Source of the DNA: Trueperaceae bacterium
GTDB lineage: Bacteria; Deinococcota; Deinococci; Deinococcales; Trueperaceae
Length of the DNA stretch: 64,000 bases
Direction of reading: 5' to 3'
Assembly: GCA_034521815.1 (NCBI GenBank)
Contig: JAXHLW010000013.1
Span: 288,001-352,000, forward strand
The notes beneath the pieces were generated by a model. The model did not search any database. It worked only from the letters and a program-made list of their open reading frames with translations, and was not told the DNA's origin. Positions within the stretch are counted from its first letter, which is position 1. Each line of letters starts with the position of its first letter. Below are positions 47,489 through 57,984 of the stretch, piece by piece. The position numbers and the translations under genes are program-made.

Positions 47489-47515
47489 TTGGCACTCCCG
47501 GACAGCGAGTGCCAA
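47489..47515. promoter_or_regulatory. CIRCE element (HrcA operator)
   Basis: TTGGCACTC-N9-GAGTGCCAA perfect inverted repeat upstream of groES. Confidence 0.92.
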
Positions 47516-47586
47516 GTCACGTGGGCCCGGCCCCGTCTCCGACCAGGCCGGTCCACGAAATCCCACACGTCCCGATGGAGGACCCT

Positions 47587-49558
<1,972 letters not shown>

Positions 49559-49607
49559 TCGGTCCTGCCCCCCGCCGGCCCACCGGCCGGTAGCACGATG
49601 CACCGCC

Positions 49608-49641
49608 ACGCGCGCCCCGGACCGAGGTCCGGGGCGCGCGT
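49608..49641. terminator. long perfect hairpin between convergent groEL and gpmI (probably a bidirectional terminator)
   Basis: ACGCGCGCCCCGGAC-cgag-GTCCGGGGCGCGCGT. Confidence 0.65.
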
Positions 49642-49657
49642 CGTGGTGCTTCCGGGC

Positions 49658-51217
49658 TCAGGGCCGAACGATCAACGATCGGCCCGTCATCTCCTCGGGC
49701 TGGTCGACCCCCAGCAGCTCCAGCACCGTCGGCGCCACGTCGCCCAGCACGCCGCCGTCGCGCAGACGCAGCGAGCCCGCGCCGACGACCACGAACGGCA
49801 CGGGGTTCGTCGTGTGCGCCGTGTGCGGACCGCCTCCCTCGGCGATCATCTGCTCGGCGTTGCCGTGGTCGGCCAGCACCAGCACGACGCCCCCTTTCGC
49901 GCTCGTCGCCTCGACCACCGCGCCGAGCCCCTCGTCCGCCGCCTCGCACGCGCGGATCGCGGCCTGCAGGTCGCCGGTATGGCCGACCATGTCGGGGTTC
50001 GCGTAGTTGATCAGGACGAAGTCGTCGTCGTGCTCCCGCAGCCGCTTCAGCGTGGCCGCGGTGAGCTCGGGGGCGCTCATCTCGGGCTGCAGGTCGTACG
50101 TGGCGATCTTCGGTGAGGGCTCGATGTGGCGTTCCTCGCCGGGGAACGGCGTCTCGGCCTTGGCGTTGAAGAAGTAGGTCACGTGCGGGTACTTCTCCGT
50201 CTCCGCGGTGTGGTACTGCGCGAGCCCGGCGTCCGCGAGGACCTCGGCCAGACACCGCTCGACCGTCGGCATCGCGAGCGCGTACGGCACGTCCAGCGTC
50301 TCCTCGTACGGCATCAGCGTCGCGAACGCGAGGTCCGGCCGGGCGCAGCGCTCGAACGCGTCGAACCCGTCGTCGGCCAGGGCGTGACTCAGCTGCCGGG
50401 CGCGGTCGGCCCGGAAGTTGAAGAACAGCGCGGCGTCTCCGTCGGAGACCGTACCGACCGGCCCGTCCTCGTCCTCGATCACGGTGGCGCGGACGAACTC
50501 GTCGGTCTCGCCGCGGTCGTACGCGGCGGCGATCGCCTCCTCGGCGGAGCGTGCCGTACGGACGCCCTCGCCGCACACCACCGCCCGGTACGCCTCGGCG
50601 GTCCGGTCCCAGCGCCGATCCCGATCCATCGCGTAGTAGCGGCCGATCACCGTCGCGACCCGCGCGTCGATCGGCAACGACGCCATCCGCTCCGTCAGCT
50701 CGCGAAGGTAGCCGCGGCCGCTGTCCGGCGCGGTGTCGCGGCCGTCGGTGAACGCGTGGACGCGCACCCGTCGTACCCCACGCAGCCGGGCCAGCTCCAG
50801 CAGGCCGAACAGGTGCTCCAGATCGCTGTGCACGCCGCCTCGGCTGACGAGCCCCATCAGGTGCAGCGTGCCGTCTTCGGCCTCGCGGCACAGGTTCACC
50901 AGAACGTCGTTCTCGAACAGCGACGCGTCGTCGATGCGGTTCTGGACGTACGCCAGGCTCTGTTCCACGATGCGCCCGGCGCCCAGGTTCATGTGGCCGA
51001 CCTCGCTGTTGCCCATCTGGCCCTCGGGAAGCCCGACGGCCCTGCCCGAGGCTTGCAGCGTGCTGTGGGGCTGGTCGCTCCAGATCGCGTCGAACGTGGG
51101 GGTGTCGGCTTGCGTCACGGCGTTGCCGGGGCCGTCTGGGGCGATGCCGAAGCCGTCGAGCACCACCAGCACCACGGGGCGGGGCTTGCCTTGATCGTCG
51201 GTCCTATCGTGGGTCAT
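49658..51217 (-). CDS. gpmI: 2,3-bisphosphoglycerate-independent phosphoglycerate mutase
   Basis: LVVLDGFG, GQMGNSEVGH, TDGRD, GRYYAMDRD, AETEKYPHVT, NYANPDMVGHTG, ADHGNAE. Confidence 0.97.
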   Translation of the reverse strand: MTHDRTDDQGKPRPVVLVVLDGFGIAPDGPGNAVTQADTPTFDAIWSDQPHSTLQASGRAVGLPEGQMGNSEVGHMNLGAGRIVEQSLAYVQNRIDDASLFENDVLVNLCREAEDGTLHLMGLVSRGGVHSDLEHLFGLLELARLRGVRRVRVHAFTDGRDTAPDSGRGYLRELTERMASLPIDARVATVIGRYYAMDRDRRWDRTAEAYRAVVCGEGVRTARSAEEAIAAAYDRGETDEFVRATVIEDEDGPVGTVSDGDAALFFNFRADRARQLSHALADDGFDAFERCARPDLAFATLMPYEETLDVPYALAMPTVERCLAEVLADAGLAQYHTAETEKYPHVTYFFNAKAETPFPGEERHIEPSPKIATYDLQPEMSAPELTAATLKRLREHDDDFVLINYANPDMVGHTGDLQAAIRACEAADEGLGAVVEATSAKGGVVLVLADHGNAEQMIAEGGGPHTAHTTNPVPFVVVGAGSLRLRDGGVLGDVAPTVLELLGVDQPEEMTGRSLIVRP

Positions 51218-52080
51218 GCGGTCGTACCTCCAGGGGGGTCGTCGGATCGCCAGCGTCCGAGCACCCGGGCGATCCGTGGGTCGAGACGATCCAGATCGGA
51301 TTCGTCGATGTCGCGAATCGGTCGGCCCTCGTCGAGGGCGACGCGGTGACGTGCCGCCTGGGCCAGCTGCGGCTTCAGCTCCGGCGACGCCAGCACCTGC
51401 GGCAGCAGCTCCAGCAGCCGGCCGTCCAGCGCCTCGACGGCCAGGGCACGTGCCACCACGAGCTCGTCGTCGGACAGCTCGAGCGTGGCGGCGGCCGGGT
51501 CGGTCACCAGCCGCTCGGCAGCGGCGCGGACGCCGTGGTCGGCGCGGTAGCGCCTGCAGGCGTCGCACGGCCCCGGATCGGGCGAGAGGGCGCCGCAGTA
51601 CGGACAGGGCGTCCAGCCAGCCTCCTGAGCCCAGCGACGATGCGTCAGCATCGCACGCGCCGCCGCCAGCGCCGGTCCCGCGAGCTCGCTGGGCAGGTCC
51701 AGCGCGCCGAGCTCGGCCGCCAGCGCCGACCACGCCTCGGGGTCGGGGTCGCGACGGGGGGGAGCGGTCGAGACGGCGGGCGGCTCGGTCCTGCGGCCTG
51801 CCGCGAAACGGATGTCGCGCACCTCCCGGCGGCCGAGATGCCGCTCGTACGCCTCGAGGAAGCGGGCGCGCTGCAGCGACAGGTGCATCGCGGTCTCGCT
51901 GTCCGAGACGTCGACGAGCAGGACGCCGGACCGCAGCGCGCGTGCCTGCGCGAAGCGTGCCAGCTCCGGCCCGACGATCCGTGGCCAGGCGACCACGGCC
52001 TCGGCACGACGAACCGCGCGCAGCATGCCGCCCCGCCGGAAGAACTCGCCGATCACGTCGCGAACGTGTCTCTCAGGCAT
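51214..52080 (-). CDS. DUF721/DciA family protein with C-terminal Zn-finger extension
   Basis: AWPRIVGPELA...GVLLV..SDS..AMHL, DIRF; CPYC..CDAC; overlaps the recF 3' end. Confidence 0.8.
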   Translation of the reverse strand: MPERHVRDVIGEFFRRGGMLRAVRRAEAVVAWPRIVGPELARFAQARALRSGVLLVDVSDSETAMHLSLQRARFLEAYERHLGRREVRDIRFAAGRRTEPPAVSTAPPRRDPDPEAWSALAAELGALDLPSELAGPALAAARAMLTHRRWAQEAGWTPCPYCGALSPDPGPCDACRRYRADHGVRAAAERLVTDPAAATLELSDDELVVARALAVEALDGRLLELLPQVLASPELKPQLAQAARHRVALDEGRPIRDIDESDLDRLDPRIARVLGRWRSDDPPGGTTA

Positions 52081-53122
52081 CGTCGCGCAGCTCTCCGGCT
52101 TCGATCAGAAGCCGCCGGTCGGCGTGCGGAGGTGGCTCGGTTCCCGACACCAGCGCCTGCGGCCGGCGGGTCGACAGCGCCAGCAGGTAGGCGCGACGAT
52201 CCGCGTCGAGCTCGGCCGAGAAGTCGTCGAGCAGGAGGATCGGCGGCTCGCGATGCTTCTCTTCGAGAAGGTGCATCTCGGCCACCCGGAGCGCCAGCGC
52301 CGTGGTTCGGGCCTCGCCCCGCGACCCGAACGTCTGGACGCTCCGCTCGTCGAGCTCCAGCGACAGATCGTCGCGGTGGGGTCCGACCACGGTCGCGCCG
52401 CGAGCCCGCTCCTCGGACGCCGTCGCGGCGAGCGCCTCGCGCAGCGGACGATCGCCTTGGGCGCGCTGCAAGCGGACCGACAGCGTCTTGGGGCCCCCCG
52501 CCACGTCGGCGTACACCGAGCGCGCGAGCTCGTCGGCACGATGCACGGCTCGGACGCGAAGATCGCCGATCTCGTCGCCGAGGTCGGCCAGCCGATCGCC
52601 GAACACGGCGAGGAGCGTCGCGTCGACGTGGCCCCGCAGCACGGCGTTGCGCTGCTCGAGCACCTTGGCGTACTCGCGCGAGAGCGCGGCGTGGCGGGGC
52701 GACAGCCGATTCAGGAGGTCGTCCAGCCAGCCGCGACGACCCGAGGGCCCCCCGTGCACGAGCTCCGCGTCTTCGGGCGTGATCCGGACCGCCGCCGAGA
52801 CGCGGGCCAGATCGGCCTGCCGGACCGTCTGCCCGTCGAGACGCAGCAGCTTCCTGCCCGCGGCGAGCCCCACGTGCACCTCCGCGATCCCGTCCGCGTG
52901 CTCGACGCGGGCCGCCACGAACCCCTCGTCGATTCCCCAGCGCAGGGCGTCGCGAATGCGGCCGCCCGGCAGGTCGCCGCTCGCGGCGAGGTAGCACGCG
53001 TCGAGCAGGTTCGACTTGCCCGCGGCGTTGGGACCCACCACGGCCGTCACCCCGGGGCCCAGCGAGAGCTCCGGGGTGACCAGGTTGCGAAACGCGTACT
53101 GCCGCAGCGCCCGAAGGATCAC
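52073..53122 (-). CDS. recF: DNA replication/repair protein RecF
   Basis: FRNL, GPNAAGKSNLL, GPHRDDL, FGSRGEAR, LLLDDFSAELD; TATGCT-N6-GTG start. Confidence 0.95.
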   Translation of the reverse strand: MILRALRQYAFRNLVTPELSLGPGVTAVVGPNAAGKSNLLDACYLAASGDLPGGRIRDALRWGIDEGFVAARVEHADGIAEVHVGLAAGRKLLRLDGQTVRQADLARVSAAVRITPEDAELVHGGPSGRRGWLDDLLNRLSPRHAALSREYAKVLEQRNAVLRGHVDATLLAVFGDRLADLGDEIGDLRVRAVHRADELARSVYADVAGGPKTLSVRLQRAQGDRPLREALAATASEERARGATVVGPHRDDLSLELDERSVQTFGSRGEARTTALALRVAEMHLLEEKHREPPILLLDDFSAELDADRRAYLLALSTRRPQALVSGTEPPPHADRRLLIEAGELRDDA

Positions 53123-53184
53123 GCCGCCAGCATACCGCCGTGCCCGTCGGGCTCCGTACCGGCGCGTGGTAGCGTCGCGGCGAC

Positions 53185-54075
53185 GTGAGCGACGCCTCCG
53201 ACAGCGGTGCGAGGGACGGGCCGAGCGGCCGCGACGGCGATCGCGGCGGCCGTCGCGGCGGCTCCGGGAACCGCGACCGCATGCGCGACCACGCGCTGGG
53301 GCCGTGGCGGGAGGTCTCGCTACGGACCGTGACCGACCCGCGAGCGGCGAGGCTCCTGTCCGATCCCGACTGGGTGCCTTGGATCGAGCCGTTTCTGGGG
53401 CGGACGCGCAGCATCGCCGAGGCCGCGAAGGCGCTGGGTCGTCCCCTCGACGCCGTCCGCTACCGCGTGCGCAAGCTTCACGAGGTCGGCGTGCTCGAGG
53501 TCGTAGCGCAGCGAAAGCGTGCGGGCAGGCCGATTCGGCTGTACCGCACCGTCGCCGACGGCTTCGTGGTTCCGTTCGAGTCGACGCCGTTCGTCGACCT
53601 CGAGGAGCGCATCCTGGCGACGATGACCGCGCAAGCCCGCAGCTTCGCGCGCAGCGCGGCGCAGCTGTTGCGCGAGGGCGGAGCCGAGGCGCGCAGGATC
53701 TACCGCGCACCCGACGGCACGGTGCATCAGGAGTCCGCGGCCGACGACGCCATGCTCGCTGCCGCCGCAGAACGCGACCCGATCGAGAGCCTCGCTCTCG
53801 AGGTGTCGCTGCCGCGCAGCGTGGCGCGCCAGCTGCTGCGCGACATGATCGCCCTGGCGCAGCGCGCCGAGCGGCTCGACGTCGAGCGGGCCGACGGCGA
53901 GGCGTCCGACGGCGAACGGTCCGCCGGCGTGGGGCGCGACGATGATGTGCGCGACGCAGGTGCGCGCGACGCAGGTGCGCTCGATGCCGAGCGCGAGGTC
54001 CAGGCGTCCTCGGGCCCGGTTCGGCGCTACCTTCTGGCGTTGCAGATCGGGCCGGTGCCCGATGCCGACGACTGA
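53185..54075 (+). CDS. winged-helix (ArsR-like) protein of a Deinococcota-expanded family
   Basis: AARLLSDP, EPFLGRTRSIAEAAKALG...VRYRVRKL...GVL, RAGRPIRLYR. Confidence 0.7.
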   Translation: MSDASDSGARDGPSGRDGDRGGRRGGSGNRDRMRDHALGPWREVSLRTVTDPRAARLLSDPDWVPWIEPFLGRTRSIAEAAKALGRPLDAVRYRVRKLHEVGVLEVVAQRKRAGRPIRLYRTVADGFVVPFESTPFVDLEERILATMTAQARSFARSAAQLLREGGAEARRIYRAPDGTVHQESAADDAMLAAAAERDPIESLALEVSLPRSVARQLLRDMIALAQRAERLDVERADGEASDGERSAGVGRDDDVRDAGARDAGALDAEREVQASSGPVRRYLLALQIGPVPDADD

Positions 54076-54137
54076 GGCGGCGCGCGATCGTCGGGGGCGG
54101 AGCGCTCGACGCTCGTACGGACTGCTACGCTGAACGC

Positions 54138-55373
54138 ATGACGGTCCTGGATGCCTCGCGACTGCGAGGCGATTTTCCGATCCTTACGCGCGAGGTGCAC
54201 GGCAAGCCGCTGATCTACCTGGATCACGCCGCCTCGTCTCAGCGTCCGCGCGCCGTGATCACCGCGGTGGCGAATCACTACGAGCGCCACCACGCCAACG
54301 TTCACCGCGGAGCGCACCAGCTCTCGGCCGAGGCGACCGAGCGCTACGAGGACGCCCGCGCGGTCGTGGCCCGGTTCCTGGGCGCGCCCTCGGAGCGGTC
54401 GCTGGTCTTCGTGCGGAACGCGACCGAAGGGATCAACCTGCTGGCACGAGCCTGGGGCGACGCGAACCTCGAGGCGGGCGACGAGATCGTCGTGACGGTC
54501 GCCGAGCACCACGCGAACCTCGTCCCCTGGCAGCAGGCCGCTCAGCGCACCGGGGCCCGGATCGTCGCCGTCCCGCTGGGCGAGGATCAGCGACTGGACC
54601 TGGACGCGTACCGTGGCCTGCTGGGGCCGCGAACGAAGGTGGTGGCGGTCGCGCACATGTCCAACGTCCTCGGCGTGGTGCATCCCGTCGCCGAGATCGC
54701 GGAGATGGCTCACCGGGTCGGGGCCCAGGTGTTCGTCGACGGCGCGCAGGCCGCTGCGCACCTGCCGGTCGACGTCACCGCCCTGGGCGCGGACGCGTAC
54801 GTCGTCTCGGGGCACAAGATGCTGGGACCGACGGGGATCGGCGCGCTCTGGGCGCGCGAGGACCTGCTCGCGTCCATGCCTCCCTTCCTGGGAGGGGGCG
54901 AGATGATCCGCACCGTCGAGATCGAGCGCTCGACGTACGCCGACATCCCGATGCGATTCGAGGCGGGCACGCCCGCCGTGGCCGAGGCGGTCGGGCTGGC
55001 CGAAGCGGTGCGCTACCTGGAGCGGGTGGGGATGGCGAACGTCTGGGACCACGACCGCGCGCTCGCGGAACGCATGCTCCAGCGCTTCGACGCGCTGGAC
55101 GACGTCCGCGTGTTCGGGCCGCGCGGGCCGGACCGCGGAGGGATCCTGCCGTTCGTGATCGAGGGGATCCACCCGCACGACGTCGCGAGCGCGCTCGACG
55201 CCGAAGGCATCGCGGTCCGTGCGGGCCACCACTGCGCCCAGCCGCTCATGCGAGCGTTGGGCGTGCCGTCCACGGTGCGCGCCAGCACCCATCTCACCAC
55301 GCTGGACGACGAGATCGACGCGCTCGCCGCCGGCGTGGCCTCGGCCCGCGACTTCTTCGCGGCGTTCGCATGA
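54138..55373 (+). CDS. sufS: cysteine desulfurase (SufS type)
   Basis: YLDHAASSQRP, ANVHRG, SGHKMLGPTGIG, FEAGTP, RAGHHCAQP. Confidence 0.95.
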   Translation: MTVLDASRLRGDFPILTREVHGKPLIYLDHAASSQRPRAVITAVANHYERHHANVHRGAHQLSAEATERYEDARAVVARFLGAPSERSLVFVRNATEGINLLARAWGDANLEAGDEIVVTVAEHHANLVPWQQAAQRTGARIVAVPLGEDQRLDLDAYRGLLGPRTKVVAVAHMSNVLGVVHPVAEIAEMAHRVGAQVFVDGAQAAAHLPVDVTALGADAYVVSGHKMLGPTGIGALWAREDLLASMPPFLGGGEMIRTVEIERSTYADIPMRFEAGTPAVAEAVGLAEAVRYLERVGMANVWDHDRALAERMLQRFDALDDVRVFGPRGPDRGGILPFVIEGIHPHDVASALDAEGIAVRAGHHCAQPLMRALGVPSTVRASTHLTTLDDEIDALAAGVASARDFFAAFA

Positions 55374-55380
55374 GGTCCGC

Positions 55381-55827
55381 ATGTCGCTGATGGAGCAGAT
55401 CTACAAACAGGTGATCATCGACCGGAGTCGCCGGCCCAAGCACCGGGGCACGCTGGCTGCACCCGATATCGAGCAGGAGGGCGTGAACCCGTCGTGCGGC
55501 GACGAGCTGCGTCTGTCGCTGCGGGTCGAGGACGGGCGGATCGCCGAAGCGGCGTTCGACGGGCACGGCTGCGCCATCAGCCAGGCGGCGGCCGACCTGA
55601 TGGCGGAGGCGCTCGAGGGACGCACCCTGGACGAGGCGAGCCGACTGGCCGCAGGGTTCAAGCGCATGATTCGCGGCGAGGAGGTCGGCGACGACCTCGA
55701 GCTGGGCGACCTGCGCGCGCTCGAAGGGATCCGCAAGCTGCACGCCCGCGTGAAGTGCGCGACGTTGCCGTTCACGACGCTCGAGCAGGCGCTGCACGGC
55801 GACGGTGGCGTCGCGACGGAGGAGTAG
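55381..55827 (+). CDS. sufU: Fe-S cluster assembly sulfur-transfer protein SufU
   Basis: NPSCGDE, GCAISQA, RVKCATL. Confidence 0.93.
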   Translation: MSLMEQIYKQVIIDRSRRPKHRGTLAAPDIEQEGVNPSCGDELRLSLRVEDGRIAEAAFDGHGCAISQAAADLMAEALEGRTLDEASRLAAGFKRMIRGEEVGDDLELGDLRALEGIRKLHARVKCATLPFTTLEQALHGDGGVATEE

Positions 55828-55898
55828 CAGCCAGCCTCCTCACGCGTCGGTCGGCCGCGCCACGCCTCTACGTCACGCCTCTACGTCACGCCTCCGCG

Positions 55899-56363
55899 TC
55901 ACTCCTCGTCCGTGGGGTGGAGGTCCTGTTCGCTCAGTCGACGCGCGCTCTCGGTATCGACACGTTCCAGGCTGTGCCCGTACGCCTGGAGCATGCCGCG
56001 GAACTGGTCGCGGAAGTCGTCCCGCAAGGTTCGCAGCCGCGCGATGTCCGCCTCGATCGAGCGACGGTCCACGTCGGCCTGCTCGACGATCAGGCGCGCC
56101 TCGTGGCGAGCGTTCTCCCGCATCTGGTTGCCGATCCGCTCGGCGGCGACGACGGCCTGACGCAGGTCCGCCTCGGCCGATTCCAGCGCCTCGATCCTGC
56201 GCTGCTGCTCCGCGAGCTGATCACGTGCGCTCTGCAGCTCCTTGAGCAGCTCCTCGCGCTCGGCGGCGACGCGCTCCAGGAACCCGCGCACCTGAGCGCG
56301 CCGGTAGCCCGACACGCCCCTCTCGAACTCCATGTGCTGGATGTCCAGCGGGCTCAGCCTCAC
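55899..56363 (-). CDS. divIVA: DivIVA domain protein
   Basis: LSPLDIQHMEF...SGY...QVRGFLERVA plus coiled coil; SD GGAGGAGG. Confidence 0.88.
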   Translation of the reverse strand: MRLSPLDIQHMEFERGVSGYRRAQVRGFLERVAAEREELLKELQSARDQLAEQQRRIEALESAEADLRQAVVAAERIGNQMRENARHEARLIVEQADVDRRSIEADIARLRTLRDDFRDQFRGMLQAYGHSLERVDTESARRLSEQDLHPTDEE

Positions 56364-57061
56364 GTCGCTCCCTCCTCCGGGTCCGCCTCGACCGGGTCCG
56401 CCTCGACCGCGTCCGACTCGAACAGCGCGGTGCCGATCCGAACCATCGTGGCGCCCTCCTCGATCGCGACCTCGAAGTCGCCGCTCATCCCCATCGACCG
56501 CTCCGCCAGACCCAGCTCGTCCGCCAGCCGGCCGAGCTCGCGGAAGTACGGTCGCGCCTGCTCGGGGTCGTCTGCGAACGGGGCGATCGCCATCAGTCCT
56601 ATCACCTCGACGTGGGACAGGTCTCGGCAGTGGCGCAAGAGCGAAGCGACCTCGGCGCTCGCGACGCCCTGCTTGGCGTCCTCGCCAGCGACGTCCACCT
56701 CGATCAGCGCCTCGAAACGGTGGTCCCGACGCTGGCCCTGGTCCTGCATCGCGTCCGCCAGCCGGCGGGAGTTGAGCGAATGGACCGTGCTCACGCCGCC
56801 ATCGGCGAGGTACTTCACCTTGTTGCGCTGCAGCGAGCCGACGAAATGCCAGCGGATCTCGGACGGCAGGTCGGCAGCCTTGTCGCGCCACTCTTGGGCT
56901 CGATTCTCGCCGAGGTCGAGAAGGCCGCGGTCCACCAGGCGGTGCCGGATCTCGTCCGCGTCGTGCCCTTTCGTGACGCCGATCAGGCGGACGCCGGACG
57001 GGTCCCTGCCCACGCGCTCGCAGGCCGCCACGATCCGACCTCGCACGCTCGCCAGGCTCAC
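56360..57061 (-). CDS. yggS: PLP homeostasis protein (YggS/PROSC)
   Basis: LIGVTK, LGENRAQE, WHFVGSLQRNK, GLMAI, SMGMSGDFEVAIEEGATMVRIGTALF. Confidence 0.94.
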   Translation of the reverse strand: MSLASVRGRIVAACERVGRDPSGVRLIGVTKGHDADEIRHRLVDRGLLDLGENRAQEWRDKAADLPSEIRWHFVGSLQRNKVKYLADGGVSTVHSLNSRRLADAMQDQGQRRDHRFEALIEVDVAGEDAKQGVASAEVASLLRHCRDLSHVEVIGLMAIAPFADDPEQARPYFRELGRLADELGLAERSMGMSGDFEVAIEEGATMVRIGTALFESDAVEADPVEADPEEGAT

Positions 57062-57897
57062 AGCTCGGGCAGCACCGAGCGGACCAGACGTCGGAACGTC
57101 GCTCCCGAGGCGGCCGCCACCTCGAGCACCTCGTCCTCGTCGGCGTGATGATCGCGGTCGGGGATGGCGAGGTCGGTGACCGTCGAGATGCCCACCACGC
57201 GCATCCCCTCGTGCCTGGCGGCCATCACCTCGAACACCGTCGACATGCCGATCGCGTCGGCACCCCACGACCTGAACGCGCGCAGCTCGGCACGCGTCGC
57301 GTAGCTCGGACCGCTGACCGCGAGGTACACGCCCTCGCGAAGCGGAACGTCCAGTCTCCGGGCCGCGTTCCGAACGACGTCCTGGTAGGCCTCGTCGTAC
57401 GCCCCGAACAGGACGGGGAAGCGAGGCCCGAGCTCCGCGTCGTTCGGACCGATCAGCGGGTTCTGAAAGGTGTGGTTGATGAAGTCCAGCTGCAGCATCA
57501 GGTCGCCGGCGCGCCAGTTCGGATTCAGCCCGCCGCACGCGTTGGACACCAGCAGCCGCTCCGCGCCCAGGGCGTGCATGACCCGCACCGGAAAGGCGAC
57601 CTGCGCCGCCGGCACGCCGTCGTACGGATGGAGCCGGCCCCGCATCGCCACGACCGGGCGCCCGTCCAGGGTGCCGAGCACCAGCCGGCCGGCGTGCCCG
57701 GGGGCGCTGCTGGCCACGAAGCCGGGGATCTCGCCGTAGGGGATCTCGGCCGAGATCTCGATCTCGTCGGCCAGCGGGCCGAGGCCGGAGCCGAGCACCA
57801 GCGCGACCTCGGGTACGAGCGTCGTGGCGTCGCGGACGGCGGCGACCGCCTCGTCCCGAAGCGGGCTGCGGGTCACGAACCTCTGCACATCGTCCAT
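57058..57897 (-). CDS. punA: purine-nucleoside phosphorylase (trimeric type)
   Basis: VLGSGLG, GHAGRL, GRLHPYDG, SNACGGLN, GPSYAT.AE, GMSTVFE. Confidence 0.9.
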   Translation of the reverse strand: MDDVQRFVTRSPLRDEAVAAVRDATTLVPEVALVLGSGLGPLADEIEISAEIPYGEIPGFVASSAPGHAGRLVLGTLDGRPVVAMRGRLHPYDGVPAAQVAFPVRVMHALGAERLLVSNACGGLNPNWRAGDLMLQLDFINHTFQNPLIGPNDAELGPRFPVLFGAYDEAYQDVVRNAARRLDVPLREGVYLAVSGPSYATRAELRAFRSWGADAIGMSTVFEVMAARHEGMRVVGISTVTDLAIPDRDHHADEDEVLEVAAASGATFRRLVRSVLPEL

Positions 57898-57984
57898 GTC
57901 GTCATGCTACCCGGTCGCTGGACGGGCGCCTGCGGGCGATGCAGGCGCCCACGCCGTTCTCATCGCGGGCGGTACACTGGCCGC

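Noticed and set aside
52073-53185. oriC near recF
   Set aside because: No DnaA-box cluster, AT-rich unwinding element, dnaA or dnaN seen.
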